A stretch of DNA of 63,450 nt, the filler included, from Octopus bimaculoides (lineage: Eukaryota): assembly GCF_001194135.2 (NCBI RefSeq). It is 9 parts of 9 records of this genome, joined end to end, with 100 filler letters (N's around TTAATTAATTAA, not from the genome) between each part and the next. Parts side by side here need not be neighbours in the genome. Positions count along the whole stretch, not along the records: positions 5,838 to 22,688 come from NC_068985.1; positions 22,789 to 45,319 come from NC_068990.1; 7 more parts are not named here. The stretch is one strand, 5' to 3'. Both the position numbers and the translations under genes were made by a program. Numbering within the stretch: the stretch's first letter is position 1; each line of letters starts with the position of its first letter. The notes below the pieces were generated by a model. The model did not search any database. It saw only the letters and a program-made list of their open reading frames with translations, and was not told the origin of the DNA. This document shows positions 12,145 through 25,934 of this stretch, piece by piece.

Positions 12145-12400
12145 ATGGCTTCAACAAGCAAAAATGACAGTGAAACACTTCCAAGGATGCGAGCAGACCC
12201 AAACTGTATCATCCATTGTTCCAACAATACCTCTGCCAACCTTATGTCACCACAAGATCTGGGCTCATGGGCAGCATTTCTTAGGGCTGCAAAGATAAGG
12301 CAGCATGCTCCAGTTCTTGAATTAACTAAAGATTTAGAAGTGCAGTAACATCGAAGTTGTCGCAGCATCATTACCATGAAGAAAAGTCTTGGCGCCATGG
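12145..12400 (+). mobile_element. Decayed fragment of a Cys/His-rich, probably transposon-derived ORF
   Basis: CIIHCS...NLMSPQDLGSWAAFLRAAKIRQHAPVLELTKDLEVQ*HRSCRSIITMKK; resembles a recurrent (Y)HRxCRSxFTMK motif of multi-copy marine-invertebrate ORFs (from memory); in-frame stop. Confidence 0.45.
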
Positions 12401-15110
12401 TTGCAACGATGTTTCTTAAATATTGTCATATTAAAACATATATATATATATATGCGTGTGTGTATGTAGAATATCTTTTGGTGGGATTGACGGGGTTGTT
12501 TGAAGTTACGTTATTTTCCAATTTTAATACAAATAATACAAACGTAGCATCTTTTTAAATGTTTCTTCTCCATATGTTTTTATTGATTTTTAAATTATAT
12601 ATATATATGTGTGTATATGAATGAATATACATAGTCATGTGCATACACTTGCTTATAGTATATGTAGTACACCTTTGTACAATTATGGCATAGACATAGT
12701 ATTAACGTAACAGCAAATTAACGCCTTGTTGCCATTTTCTTTCAAATTCACTATAGATTTTTTTTGAGCACTGTTAAAGAAGTTACATTGTTTTCGATAG
12801 AAACTCATGGGAAACCCATGTCTGAATGGAATTTTTCTGGCAGTTTTCACTTTTCACTATGAAGGCATTTGATAGGCGTATAAGATGCATTTGAAACCAA
12901 AAACCAGTCAGCCATCTGTATTATATTGCGCATTACATGTGAAACAATAACTTAATTTAAAAAAATATTTTGGCCTCATGTATGTTCAATCAGAACTGAA
13001 TGTTACATGAATCACGCCAACTTCCTTTCCCATTCCTTTTGTTCATATATAGTGTTGTTTGTCCTTCAAATTTCCTCAGCATTCCATTCCCATAAAAGTG
13101 ATTGTTCTAAAGTTTCTGAAAGTAAATGTGTGTGTATGCATCTAATCAAACATCATTTGCTTATGACTAGTTTCATATCAAAGGAATGTTCTGTAGTAAA
13201 AATTTATTTTAACATATTTAATTTAGCATTGAATTGATTTTTCTTTAAATAATGTTCACACTTCATTTTAGTAAGTTTATAACATGCAGCAGTCTATTTC
13301 CCTTTCATCTTTTCTAAAATGAAAATGTAAACATTAGCAAAGCTGCAAGTTTTATGCAATTGGATTGCATTTGGTGAGTATATNNNNNNNNNNNNNNNAT
13401 ATTTACAATAAAATGTAAATAAAGTTACCTTCAGAGAAATTCTAAAAATGATTGCAAAGAATCTATTATAATGAACGTTACATGTTATTTTAAAGTAAAA
13501 CTTTTGAATTTAATTCCTGTTATGATTACTTCAATCTTGAAGTATACGAGTAAATTATATTAGTGTAGATTTACGCTATAACATTTCGTAATGATAGTTA
13601 TGTTACGGGGCACTGTAACATAAATGCAAAATATAAAGGTTATATAACATATAGACTGCATCAACATCTGTTTTGGCTTTAGGGTCAAAGCAGTTGATCA
13701 AACATTTTATGAATTACAGTTAATGTGCTTCTTTGATTCCATAATTAGGTGTTCGTTTATTTGAAGCAAATGTATATCATAATAGCTTCAGAGAAATATA
13801 CATACCTACCGACACTGACGCACACAGACACAAAAACACCGAGAAATTTTCCACCATTGAAAGGCTTTTCGAGAATCAACGCTATTAGGAACTCTATTAA
13901 AAACTGTTTTAAACACAGTCTTAATCATACGAAAACTCCTTGGATTTCATATTAAATTTCGATCAATGATGCATTTTGATGGGACTGGGAGTAGTATAGT
14001 TTAGGTGTGGGTTGGCATTGGTAGAAAAGATATTCCAGTTTAGTCCATGTTTTAATATTTTAATCATGATACAATCCAGGCAACATTAAGCAATATGAAC
14101 TTTTAAGACGTTATGGAAATCTTGTTTTTTTTTTTTCTTGCAGCAACATTGACGAGGCAGAAATTACCTAGGTGTCTCATATAATTGTAGATGATGTTGA
14201 TGCCGGGTGGCTCTATATGAGATTTGATTGAGAAAGAAAAAAAACCTATAATGGAAAGTTTTCGAAAAAGTAATAATCTAGTACTATCTATAGGAAAATT
14301 TATTTATGTTTGAATACATTCTTTATTTACGACAATATCTGTAGATTTTGAGATATTTGCCAGCTATTACTGCTATTTTCAGCAGGTAGGTCACCCATAA
14401 CTGGCTTACACTAGGTCTTTGATGTTACCCCATTCGTATGAAAGAGACCAATCCCATTTAATATCACATTAACTGGATATTGAATCGTACTATGATGTTG
14501 TTTTTGTATATTCTTCTTTCAAGTAATTCTGGATATGTAATCTTTGCCCTCTCCCGTTTATTATATACAATGTATACTGAAGTTTTCAAAATCCGTGTCT
14601 CAAATTTAAGAACAATCTGTAGCATTACATTCTTGTAACAAGAAACAATATGTTTCTGCTACACTAAATATTCATAATCATTCTTCAGTTAAATATAATT
14701 TTGAATGATAGCACTGAGTGTGGACTTTTCATCGGCACTGCTTTTTCAAATTAGTCAAGTGATATTTTGTGTGCGTAAATTCAAAATATCATTCAGTGTG
14801 ATGATAGATTAACCTAATCTATTTACATTGAAAGACGGCCTCTGTTATTAATTCCACAGGAAAAAGAGGAATGGCAGGCTATTTCTGGAACTTGAAATGG
14901 AAGAGTAGAACGTACATATATATTGTGTGCTATGCCATACTGATTAACTTCACCAGCACAAATCTATCAGTTTTATACTTAGAGAAGCCTGATGAAATTG
15001 CTGCAACCATAAACTCATTTGTCACTTCAGAAGATGCTGCTCAATGAGCAGAAATAGACTCTTTTTCTCAGGTGACTTATTTAATGTTTGCATCGATATA
15101 AACAGACGAG

Positions 15111-15155
<45 letters not shown>

Positions 15156-15338
15156 ATGCTGGAGACCACAAAGTTTGTAATCATTTTCAAATAATAATTT
15201 ATCAAATGATTTTTGGGAACCGGTTTTATTTATTGTTAGCGTACATGAGTAAACACACACACACACACANNNNNNNNNNNNNNNNNNNNNNNNNNNNNNN
15301 NNNNNNNNNNNNNNNNNNNNNNNNNNNNNNNNNNNNNN

Positions 15339-15376
<38 letters not shown>

Positions 15377-16071
15377 TTACGTTAATCACACCCCAAAATA
15401 TACACCAAGTAAAATCTAAAGGAATAGCGTAGTTAATTTAAAGAACTAACGAGAACGGATGTTCGTAATATGAAATATTTTCTTCTGCCTGAGAAAAGAG
15501 AGGATTGCAAATTTATTTCACTATGTATCGCGATGATTCATTTTTGGTATTAATAAAGTGTTGATCTTTGACACAGAATAAATTTCATTCAAATTCCCTC
15601 CTGAATTACTAGCGCTAAAACGAGAAATTCGGAATAGAATGGCAGGTGACCAAATGAATATTTTTTAACAAAGTAGTTTTAAGACTAGTTTCTCTGCATA
15701 GATGGTCTCAGCGATCTTTCAAAGTATATTCAAATTATACTCGCATTGGGGAGAGAAAATATTGGAATAATTATAATCCAAACAATGTAGATGAGAAATG
15801 CATGCAAATACATACGTGTGCATGTACAGGGTTCGGTGGATATATCTTTAATTTCGTGCATGCACATTGTTGGCTTTCGATTTTGTCGACTACACAGTAT
15901 ACAAAGGTCAGTTGGGCACCATCCGTGATACAAACAGCACCATGACGCAATTCCCTCTACCGCAAATTTGGAAACGATATGCTGTGCTGTTTAGCATTCG
16001 CGCAGCAAGCTTCAATACGAAGCGCTGGAAGCTCCAATACGAGCATGTACAAATAGGAACTTGTACCGAGA

Positions 16072-16350
16072 GTGATAAAAATCAGACATCCAGTCAACAT
16101 CATGATGTGTGGAGTGATCACTAGCTATAGTGACTTTATGCCTCCATTCTCCTTGCCACACGGCCTCAAACTCAACACGGAGGCCTACATTAAGTGCCTA
16201 TAGGGGGTAGCACTGCCCTGGATCAAGAGAGTGGAAGAGCTTATGTTTGGCAAAAGGATTCTATACCATGCCATAAAGCAGGGGAACACAGTCATGTCTT
16301 TCGGACGATTTCTGCGATCACATTACACATAACATCTGTCCAACTAATTT
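16072..16350 (+). mobile_element. Tc1/mariner transposase fragment
   Basis: IRHPVNIMMCGVITSYSDFMPPFSLPHGLKLNTEAYIKCL*GVALPWIKRV / GRAYVWQKDSIPCHKA: decayed DDE core (VWQQDSAPCH) with a stop and a frameshift. Confidence 0.8.
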
Positions 16351-16357
16351 ATGATAT

Positions 16358-16391
<34 letters not shown>

Positions 16392-18315
16392 ATATANNNN
16401 NNNNNNNNNNNNNNNNNNNNNNNNNNNNNNNNNNNNNNNNNNNNNNNNNNNNNNNNNNNNNNNNNNNNNNNNNNNNNNNNNNNNNNNNNNNNNNNNNNNN
16501 NNNNNNNNNNNNNNNNNNNNNNNNNNNNNNNNNNNNNNNNNNNNNNNNNNNNNNNNNNNNNNNNNNNNNNNNNNNNNNNNNNNNNNNNNNNNNNNNNNNN
16601 NNNNNNNNNNNNNNNNNNNNNNNNNNNNNNNNNNNNNNNNNNNNNNNNNNNNNNNNNNNNNNNNNNNNNNNNNNNNNNTATATATATATATATATGTATA
16701 AGAAGCATAAATTCGTACTCTGGAAAAGTATAGAATAACACATCAGATTAATGTAAAATTGTGTTTATTATCATTTAACATAAAAACAAACATGAATATA
16801 TATGTATGTGTGTGTGCGCTTTCGTGAAAATGCATGTGTATGTGGCAGACCTGTATGCACAAAATCGCTTGCCAGTCAATGTAATAATATAAGTTGAAAT
16901 GATTGGGCTCCTCATTTATTATACAAAATTGCATATACAGTGTAAACTATTTCCATTCATCGAAACGTACGTAATAATAATTTGAGTCTTATATTCATTT
17001 AACTAATTTTTTTAAATTTACACTGCAAGAATTATTTGGCATTATTCATCGATCTGCAGAGCGCCCGCATATGTATTATTCTGTATGTTAAATTTTAATA
17101 AGTATTTAATGTAACCATTCTGATTCATTTATCATCACTGGCAGGGGTTGGTGGAGAATCCTGCTCTACTCTTTCACCACAACTTTCTCTCACTTTTTCT
17201 TCCTGTTTCTGCTGTACCTGTATTTCAAAAAGCCAGTCTTGTCACACTCTGTGTCACGCTGAATCTCCATGAGGACTTCATTAATTGTACACGTGTCGGT
17301 AGAGTGCTCAGTGAGTTGCATGTTATTTTTACGTGCAAGCTGTTCCGTTGATCGGATCAACTGGAACCCTCGTCGTCCCAACCGACGGAGTGCCGCCAAT
17401 ATGTAGTAAAATAATCCGTTTATTTGCATATAAACAAGGCCAATGTTAATTTATGAAAAACGAAACAACGGTTATGTGACTCAAATTAACTTGACAAATA
17501 TTTGCAATAACGAAATATTTTGGCACAACTGGTGGGCAACTTTATCAAATTAATCAATATTAGAGAAACATATGAGAGTTATGAGGTGAGGTACCTTCAT
17601 ATACGAATATAATATTCGATGATGCCAACAGAGGTGGTTTTGCGTTTCCATTGTGCTATTTTTGGTAATGCTTCAGAGAATAATTGGCCGAGATTTTCTG
17701 GAATGTAAATAAATAATTTTGATAGAAAAAAAGAATAAGACACAGTATAGGTACACATGCGCACCACATATACACACACAAATATATATGTACATATATA
17801 CGTGGTCACATGTGAGACTGTGTGCCTGTCTAATATATATATATATATANNNNNNNNNNNNNNNNNNNNNNNNNNNNNNNNNNNNNNNNNNNNNNNNNNN
17901 NNNNNNNNNNNNNNNNNNNNNNNNNNNNNNNNNNNNNNNNNNNNNNNNNNNNNNNNNNNNNNNNNNNNNNNNNNNNNNNNNNNNNNNNNNNNNNNNNNNN
18001 NNNNNNNNNNNNNNNNNNNNNNNNNNNNNNNNNNNNNNNNNNNNNNNNNNNNNNNNNNNNNNNNNNNNNNNNNNNNNNNNNNNNNNNNNNNNNNNNNNNN
18101 NNNNNNNNNNNNNNNNNNNNNNNNNNNNNNNNNNNNNNNNNNNNNNNNNNNNNNNNNNNNNNNNNNNNNNNNNNNNNNNNNNNNNNNNNNNNNNNNNNNN
18201 NNNNNNNNNNNNNNNNNNNNNNNNNNNNNNNNNNNNNNNNNNNNNNNNNNNNNNNNNNNNNNNNNNNNNNNNNNNNNNNNNNNNNNNNNNNNNNNNNNNN
18301 NNNNNNNNNNNNNNN

Positions 18316-18360
<45 letters not shown>

Positions 18361-19724
18361 TTAAGTCCACCATTTCGCCAATCGCAGCAGTTTCTAAGCT
18401 TCACCAATAATTCAGTTCTCAACTAGATTGCAAACTGTTAACAGTTGTAAAGAGGAACCTTCTTTAGCTACACTTTGGCCACACAGTCACTCTTACGCCT
18501 ATATGATCAATACAAGAATATTACCTCTTTTACATACAAGAGTGAACTGATGATCCACTCTTTAAAATCACCACCATGATATGTATATTTTACGTCATAG
18601 TCTTCATTGGAGTCCTCATACACAATCGCGACTCCAATTAATTACGATATATAGGCATGAAATCAAAAAGCGTATCACGTATCTATAATTATTTTACTAA
18701 TTTCACAATAAGTGCCCTCTGGTGAAGATCTTCCCACTTATAAGAATACACTTATGAGATTTTCAAATTATGAGGTTTCATTTGAATATCCTTCATATTC
18801 ACAGAAAATATTTACTCGTTATTATTTGTTACTGTTTGATTCCCTTTGTATTGCATAACGTTTGTTCTTTTTCTTTGATGTTCACTAATCCTAACCTGTT
18901 AGCGACATTAGCCCCCGATATTTTCTATTTTTCAATTAGAAAAAAAAAAGGCATTTGAGTCGACATCTCGGTATCCAGATTATTTGCCCTTTGGGAATGA
19001 GAATTGGTTAATGGAAAACCTGAAAACCTCATTTAGAGAAACGTTAATACATGATCTGACTTGCCGGTTGCTATTATTGTTTTTCAACTAATGTACGAAC
19101 AAAGAAGTATCTTTTAAAATAAAAAAATATTCTTTTGTTGTTGATAAATAGCTGTGAGTCAGTTATGAACCATTAACATTCAACAATTTGTTACGATGGT
19201 GATGATGATGATTATCGTGGACACAACATGGACGATTGTCACGTTGAAGACGAGGGCGACAGTCCAAACGGTGACCAACATAATTTATACAAGAGTGATA
19301 TCTACGTCATCGACGTCGAAGACGACCACGACCATAAAAGCATCGAAGACGGCGATGATGATGACTGTGATAAGGCATGCAATTTCGATTTACGAAACAG
19401 AGGATCTCTAAACCTATTCAAATTTAATTCATTCTCAAGTTTGCTTCTCATTATTCATTAATTCTGAACAGGGAACCATTATCCTATCAAATGTATAATA
19501 GCTGGTATTGCCACAGAGAAATTCATATCTCAGTGTCCATGTTTAAGACAATAATTTCTGGTTGACATAGATAACATAGTTTAGTTATCAGCTCAATTGT
19601 TATATATAATCACTGTAATATGAAGAAATATTTCATGAGTTTACACTGATGCTATTCATACCTAAGATTGTAGAGTGACGAAGATTAAGATCCGACATTG
19701 AGTAGGATTTCAATCTAAAATAAT

Positions 19725-20680
19725 CCCTTATTGTCCCTCTATATATAGAGGGACAATACAAGACATATGCGACAGACAAGAGAGACCCAAGGTGGTGTCG
19801 TACGTAGGTGAGACAACAAAGTAAAATAGACGAATGAAACACACATGGCAACAGTTCAAAATTTCACTACAAGGAGAATAACAAATGAGAAAAAACACAT
19901 TCAATTTAGGACATGGAGACCCCACAACCCACGCTCTACACTTCCGTCACTTGCATCCATCTAGGGTGCGGGTGGACAGTGTCACAGTATGCAGACGACA
20001 TTAGCATCATCGTTTCCTGTGACATGCACGTTCGTCACTTGCATCCGTCTAAGGTACGGGTGGACAGTGTCAGCGTATGCAGACGACAATCACAGCCGTC
20101 GTTTCCTGTGACAAACCAAACACTTCCGTCACTTGCATCTGTCTAGCCACAAACACGCATGTCGGAAATCAACGGAAATCAACGGACACTACCATTGCGT
20201 GCAGAAAGGTTTCGTTGCTCTACTCGTGTGCCTGCACTGTTGTGCCTAAAGAACAGGCAGTGCGCCTCGGTAGCATTGACAGGCCAGGGATTTCTGGTAG
20301 TTACCCATGGGCCCTGGCCCGAAAGTCCTCCGGAACAGACTGGTAAGTTGACCGTTATCGAAGCCTAGGGTCTCCTCAAGAACATCGTCGCACTTACCGT
20401 CCACAAAGCCTCTATAGAATGATGAAGTGGAACCCTGGCGGCACTCTGCTTGCCAAGCGCCTAACCTAGGTCTGGGCTTGATTCATGAGTTCAGCTAGAA
20501 CAGTAGGAAGATGAGTTTAGCGAGGGGCAACCACATCTACTCACTGTCCAGGTAGAGCTGGAGATGCCTCAGCCTTAGCGCATGTCTTCACATCTTTAGT
20601 CAAGGCATGATTAGCCCTCCATTTAGCGACATTTGACAGCATATAGAGCGTCTGAGCAGCAGGCTCCGTCTGTTAATAAA
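19725..20680. mobile_element. Rearranged Tx1/L1-like LINE fragment
   Basis: Minus strand 20680-20170 gives HALRLRHLQLYLD... and FRRTFGPGPMGNYQKSLACQCYRGALPV (ORF2 C-terminus). Plus strand 19940-20150 gives TVSQYADDISIIVS (RT YADD motif) in a tandem repeat. Probable 3' UTR on the minus strand at 19925-19725. Confidence 0.7.
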
Positions 20681-20938
20681 AAAACAGCAAAAAACGCCCA
20701 AATCCAAACGTTTCGATGCAAAATTCAACTAACACGGCGAGCACAAAGAAACACGTCCGTCCTGTAAGAAATTGTCTGAACGACGTGTCCATGATATATA
20801 TANNNNNNNNNNNNNNNNNNNNNNNNNNNNNNNNNNNNNNNNNNNNNNNNNNNNNNNNNNNNNNNNNNNNNNNNNNNNNNNNNNNNNNNNNNNNNNNNNN
20901 NNNNNNNNNNNNNNNNNNNNNNNNNNNNNNNNNNNNNN

Positions 20939-20986
<48 letters not shown>

Positions 20987-21094
20987 CTGTGTGTTTGTAG
21001 GTAGGTAGCTAGATAAAGAGAGAGATACACAAGTATCAAATGTTTTAATTTCAAGAAAGTAAATTCTTATATAAATGAGCAACATAAACAATGA

Positions 21095-21260
21095 GTAAAG
21101 ATTATTTGCCAAAATAACATAGCAGACCTGGTTTAAGACGAATGTTGGAGACGATGTCTCCTGGGGTTAAATTATATTAGCATTCGTCCTAAACAAGGAC
21201 TGCCATGTTGTGTTGGCAAATAATATTTACTACGAAGTACTGTTGCTGAATATCTCTCGC
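21095..21260. mobile_element. Internally deleted copy of the fold-back MITE at 1190-1510
   Basis: Left-arm sequence (gtaaagattatttgcc...ctggtttaagacgaatgtt) is joined almost directly to right-arm sequence (tctcctggggttaaatt...gaagtactgttgctgaatatctctc). Confidence 0.6.
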
Positions 21261-22477
21261 TGGGAGATTTACAAATAGTAATTTTCTATTGTAAAGAAAG
21301 AGGTTTTCATAGGTTTTTATCTGATTCAAATGAAACAATTCACTGTTGCAATGACGATTTAATTTCATTTATTATAAAATAACACTTAAACAGCATTTGT
21401 ATTTACTAATACGTTTAATGAAGTTCTTATGTCAGGGTGTGTATTTGGAATAAACATACATATTTTTTTATAGTCAACTTTTTAATGTTAGTCAAACTTG
21501 AACATATGTCAATTATTAGAAATCTGTGAATATAAATTTAATTACATTCAATAGCTTTGAAAGAGACGAAATAAATAAAGCTAAAGAACGTTCGTAGAGT
21601 TTAAGATATAATCGATAGCTGCAAGAAAATAATGAGATAAATATTAATAGGATGATATAACAATTATGTAATTTGAAAAATCGCATCAAACATTTTTGTT
21701 CAATTTAATTGTTAAATAACATTGTGTCTACCGTACGTTACGAGGAGCACTTTGTTCACACGAACCTTTTAATGCCGTGATGAAACACATTTCTTAGGCA
21801 TCCTTAAAGATTTCCAATTCAGCATCGTTTGGTAAATAGCAGAAAAAAACCGACAGGTGTCACTCGGCTATTAGAAAATGATGCATTTATTGATAACAAT
21901 ACCAGAGTCTGTATCTTTAGAGTAAGAACACTACCTGCGGCATTTTTATTTTGTCTGAGGATTATAGCGAAACGTATTTTGCCTGAAGATGAATCCAAAC
22001 AATGCTACAAATGATATGAATATCAATTTTGCACTCACATCCAAATTTATTGTGTTCTATTTCAATGCCTTTAAAACATTGAAGTGATAATTTTCTAGAA
22101 AGTGATGTACATGAAAAAATTCACTTCTTCCCTTTTGATGGACCAGCAATTCCATAACGTTTCATTTTGATCTTCGTCGATAGGTCGGAGATAAAATTCT
22201 GTCCAGTTTAAGTTCGTTTTTCCTCCTTACGAGAGTAATGAAATAAAATATGGAATTATGGGCATCGATATGATCGACTGATCACCTCTAGCTAAATTAG
22301 GACACTGGACGAAACGTCTAACGGTATATTGCCCGTCTTTACGTTCTACGTTCGAATTCCGCCCAGGTCGACTTTACCTTTCGGGGTTGATAAAATAAGT
22401 ACCAGTTGAACACTGTGGTCAATGTAATTGACTCACCCATCACTCGAAATTGTTGGCCTTGTGCCAAAATTTGTGAC

Positions 22478-22559
<82 letters not shown>

Positions 22560-23539
22560 TTATGTTTGACTTTTGTTTTGCATTTGTACAAGTTGGATCC
22601 AAGTCTCACCCAGAGACCTCAAGAGACAACAAGTTAGAAGTTCATGTAGGTGTTATGCCTAGGGTACCATATATTTGGATTTGTACAGNNNNNNNNNNNN
22701 NNNNNNNNNNNNNNNNNNNNNNNNNNNNNNNNTTAATTAATTAANNNNNNNNNNNNNNNNNNNNNNNNNNNNNNNNNNNNNNNNNNNNTTTTAAACAAAG
22801 TTCACAATATTCATTTGTAGTTCTCAATTCACGGCTTGAAACCAACAAACCTTTAGAAACTAAGTTCACAATTTTTGGAGGCGTATTACCTCCAAAACAC
22901 TCTTCTCACCGCTAAGTGAGACATTAAGCACACCCACAGGCAGACAAATGCGTGGAATTCAGTGGAGACTCCTTGCTCGACATAAATATAAATAAACACG
23001 AGCAACAAACCCCCACTAAATCCCCAAAAACAAAAAAGTCTTACCTGTAGTTGCACGTCAAAATTCACGACGCTGGCATTCAGCGGAGCGACAAAAAAAA
23101 AAACATGTCCTTCCGGTAAGCTGCTACTTACCACACAGCTACTCCTGCGCCTAGGTTACCATTGTAAGGCCGGACAAGCACATATACACATTTGTGTGTA
23201 TATAAGGTACCGGTACAGTATATTCATACACTTATACAGGCACGTATATACATGCATACATACATATGTGTATTCGTACCTGTTTGTACGTGTACCCACA
23301 AACTATTTAGACTTTAATACTGAACAACAATGCTAAAGGTTCCAGGTCCAAAATCAGTTGTTATTCAACCGAAGCCAGCTCTGATCGATGGGAACTATGA
23401 TCACACACGTCCCTGTCATTTTGCATAGCTATGACTATTTCCGATCTGTCCTTCATTACGTTAAGGTGTGATATAAAATAGATTTGTCTGCTATATCTAC
23501 CAGATCGTGAGGCAGTAAAGATAAAATAAAGGTTACCTT

Positions 23540-24125
23540 TTCCTGTCATGCTGACTCATAAAGGCCGCTTTGCCCGGATTCCATGGCGTATATATTCCTC
23601 CCGTGACGGGATGCCAGTCCATCGCAGGATTACTAAATTTTGCTAGCTGAGTGGACTGGAGTAATGTGAAAGGAAGCGTCTTGCTCAAAAACGCGACGTG
23701 TCACACAATTTAGGGATCGAAACCACAATATTACGATCATGAGCCCAACACCCTAATCACTTAGCCACGCACCTCCATAGCACTTTCACATGAGTGCTGG
23801 TGTCTGGTCGGAGCTAATTTCTTTCACTTGCTTTTCAAATGTTTTTAAAAAGATCCTTACCAGTGTTCCAGTTGATCCGGTCAAGCGGAACAACCTGCTT
23901 GTGTAATTAACGTGTAAGTGGCTGAGCATTTCACAGACACGCGAGATTCAGCGGGACACGGAATGCGACGCAGAAATACAGGTACTGCTCAGTTTTACTG
24001 GTTAAGTGGACTGGAGCAACTTGAAATACAGTGTCTTCTTGAAGGACACAACGGGTCACCAGGAATCTAACTCACGACCTTACGATCGTGAGCCGAATAC
24101 ACTAAGCCACACGCTTTCACTAAAA
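23540..24125 (-). mobile_element. Two tRNA-headed SINE copies (family E) with an intervening family C fragment
   Basis: gtggactggagcaac.tgaaat.aagtgt.ttgctcaa...gatcgaaaccacaat...acccta.ccactaagccac repeated twice; related copy at 47440-47585. Confidence 0.65.
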
Positions 24126-24734
24126 GATGCTTCAAGGCCACATAACCTCATCCCTCTATTATATTTGGAGGCAGAGGTCTGGTGATTTCCATTAAGTCCT
24201 TAGAACAACCTCCTAATTGCTTGATCAGGGTAGAACTTGGGTTACGTAACATCATGCCCCAACGTTTGGCTTTTATCTTTTACTTGTTTCTTTCATTGAA
24301 CTGTGGCCATACTAGGGTACCATTTTGAAGGGTTTAGTCGAGAGGATCGACCCCAATACTGATGATTTTTAAAGTCTGGTTCTTATTCTATCGGATTCTT
24401 AGGGAGAAGGACAAGCACAAAGACAAGTTTTCGTGCTGGAATGATCATTCAGTTTTGTGCTAGTGATTATTCTGTATTAGATTTTGGGAACGTTTAAATG
24501 TGCGCGAAGCCATCAGATCAATGAATTTAGATAATTATGATTATAAGAAAATCTGAATTAAGAAAATAAAGAATGACAGTGTGTTATAAGATTCTGTATC
24601 TAAAATTAAGTTAATTCTTTTATGAAGTATAAATCATGCAGGTTACACACGCACACAGATTCGTAAAATCATGACACTTAAATACAATCGGTTATTTTAT
24701 ATGTATGAGTGTTAGCGTGTATGTGTGCATGTGA

Positions 24735-25115
24735 GGAGGTGCAATGGCCCAGTGGTTGGGGCAGCGGACTCGCGGTCGTAGGATCACGGTTTCGATTTCC
24801 AGACCGAGCGTTGTGAGTGTTTATTGAGCAAAAACACCTAAAAAGCTCTACGAGGCTCCGACAGGGGATGGTGGCGAACCCTGCTGTATTATTTCACCAC
24901 AATTTTCTCTCATTCTTTCTTCCTGTTTCTGTTGTACCTGTATTTCAAAGGGCCAGCCTTGTCACACTCTGTGTCACGCTGAATCTCACCGAGAACTACC
25001 TTAAAGGTACCGGTGTCTGTGGAGTGCTCAGTCATTTGCACGTTAATTTCACGAGCAGACTGTTCCGTTGATCGGATCAACTGGAACCCTTGTCGTCGAA
25101 ACCGACAGAATGCCA
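24735..25115 (+). mobile_element. tRNA-derived SINE family C, full length
   Basis: A box TGGCCCAGTGG, B-box-like GGTTTCGATTTCC, body ...ctgttccgttgatcggatcaactggaaccc...gacagaatgcca. Confidence 0.85.
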
Positions 25116-25895
25116 CGATGTGTGCATGTGTGTCCACGTGTGTGTTTGTCAGTGTCCGTGAGTGTAATGACCTACGTACTTATCTATTTGCTGTTTGAAG
25201 AATCGTTTTCAAGAAGACTGCATCTATCAAAGTGTTATTTATTTTACGAGTGTCTTCGTAAGATTTTCCTTTGTTTGAAACAGACAAATGACACAAGAGA
25301 TGATACAGTGATTAAGTACTGCAGATATTATTAGCTAATTCCGATATTTCCAGTGATAGCATGGAGGGGTTTCTAAAAGATAAAAACAAAAACAATAAAA
25401 AAATGGGGTTGGGTAGATGAGTGGAAATCACGAATAAATGGCTAACTTATCTCAACTGCGAAAATACCCTTTTTGATATTGAGCATAAAGACAAATAGTG
25501 AAACCGCAGAGAAACGTCAGGGGAAAAAGAGCACCAGTAAATAATGTTGTTTGCTCAAATATTCAAAGTGTAAAATAAATATTAGCAACAGTAGAGATCA
25601 TAGAAACCCTAGCAATTTCAACTGGATATCTTTGTTTACCTTCTGCTCACTGTCTTAAACTTAAACTGACACTTACTACTATATCAGTAGGGCATTGGAA
25701 GCACCTCTGACATCTTTACTGCAATTTTCAAAACAATAGAGCCATAAGAACAATGAAAAAGAATATATCTGGGAATTAGAATCTTTTCTCTATTGCATAA
25801 TATTTTTCGCTTTTAGTTCTCTAAGAATATCTAACCTCCTCCTCCTCCTCGTCGTCGTCGTCGTCGTCGTCTCCAAATTTTTCTGTTATTTCTTT

Positions 25896-25934
<39 letters not shown>

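Noticed and set aside
14970-15047. YLEKPDEIAATINSFVTSEDAAQ*, resembling an alpha/beta-hydrolase C-terminus, and also containing CTGATGA
   Set aside because: Too short; no upstream exons or catalytic His context found, and no GAAA for a hammerhead.
19196-19461. Asp-rich ORF (MDDCHVEDEGD...)
   Set aside because: Decayed GAT/GAC low-complexity tract without splice or homology support.
23040-23100. Consensus donor CAG|gtaaga on the minus strand
   Set aside because: The upstream sequence runs into a SINE head with no acceptor or recognisable coding match.
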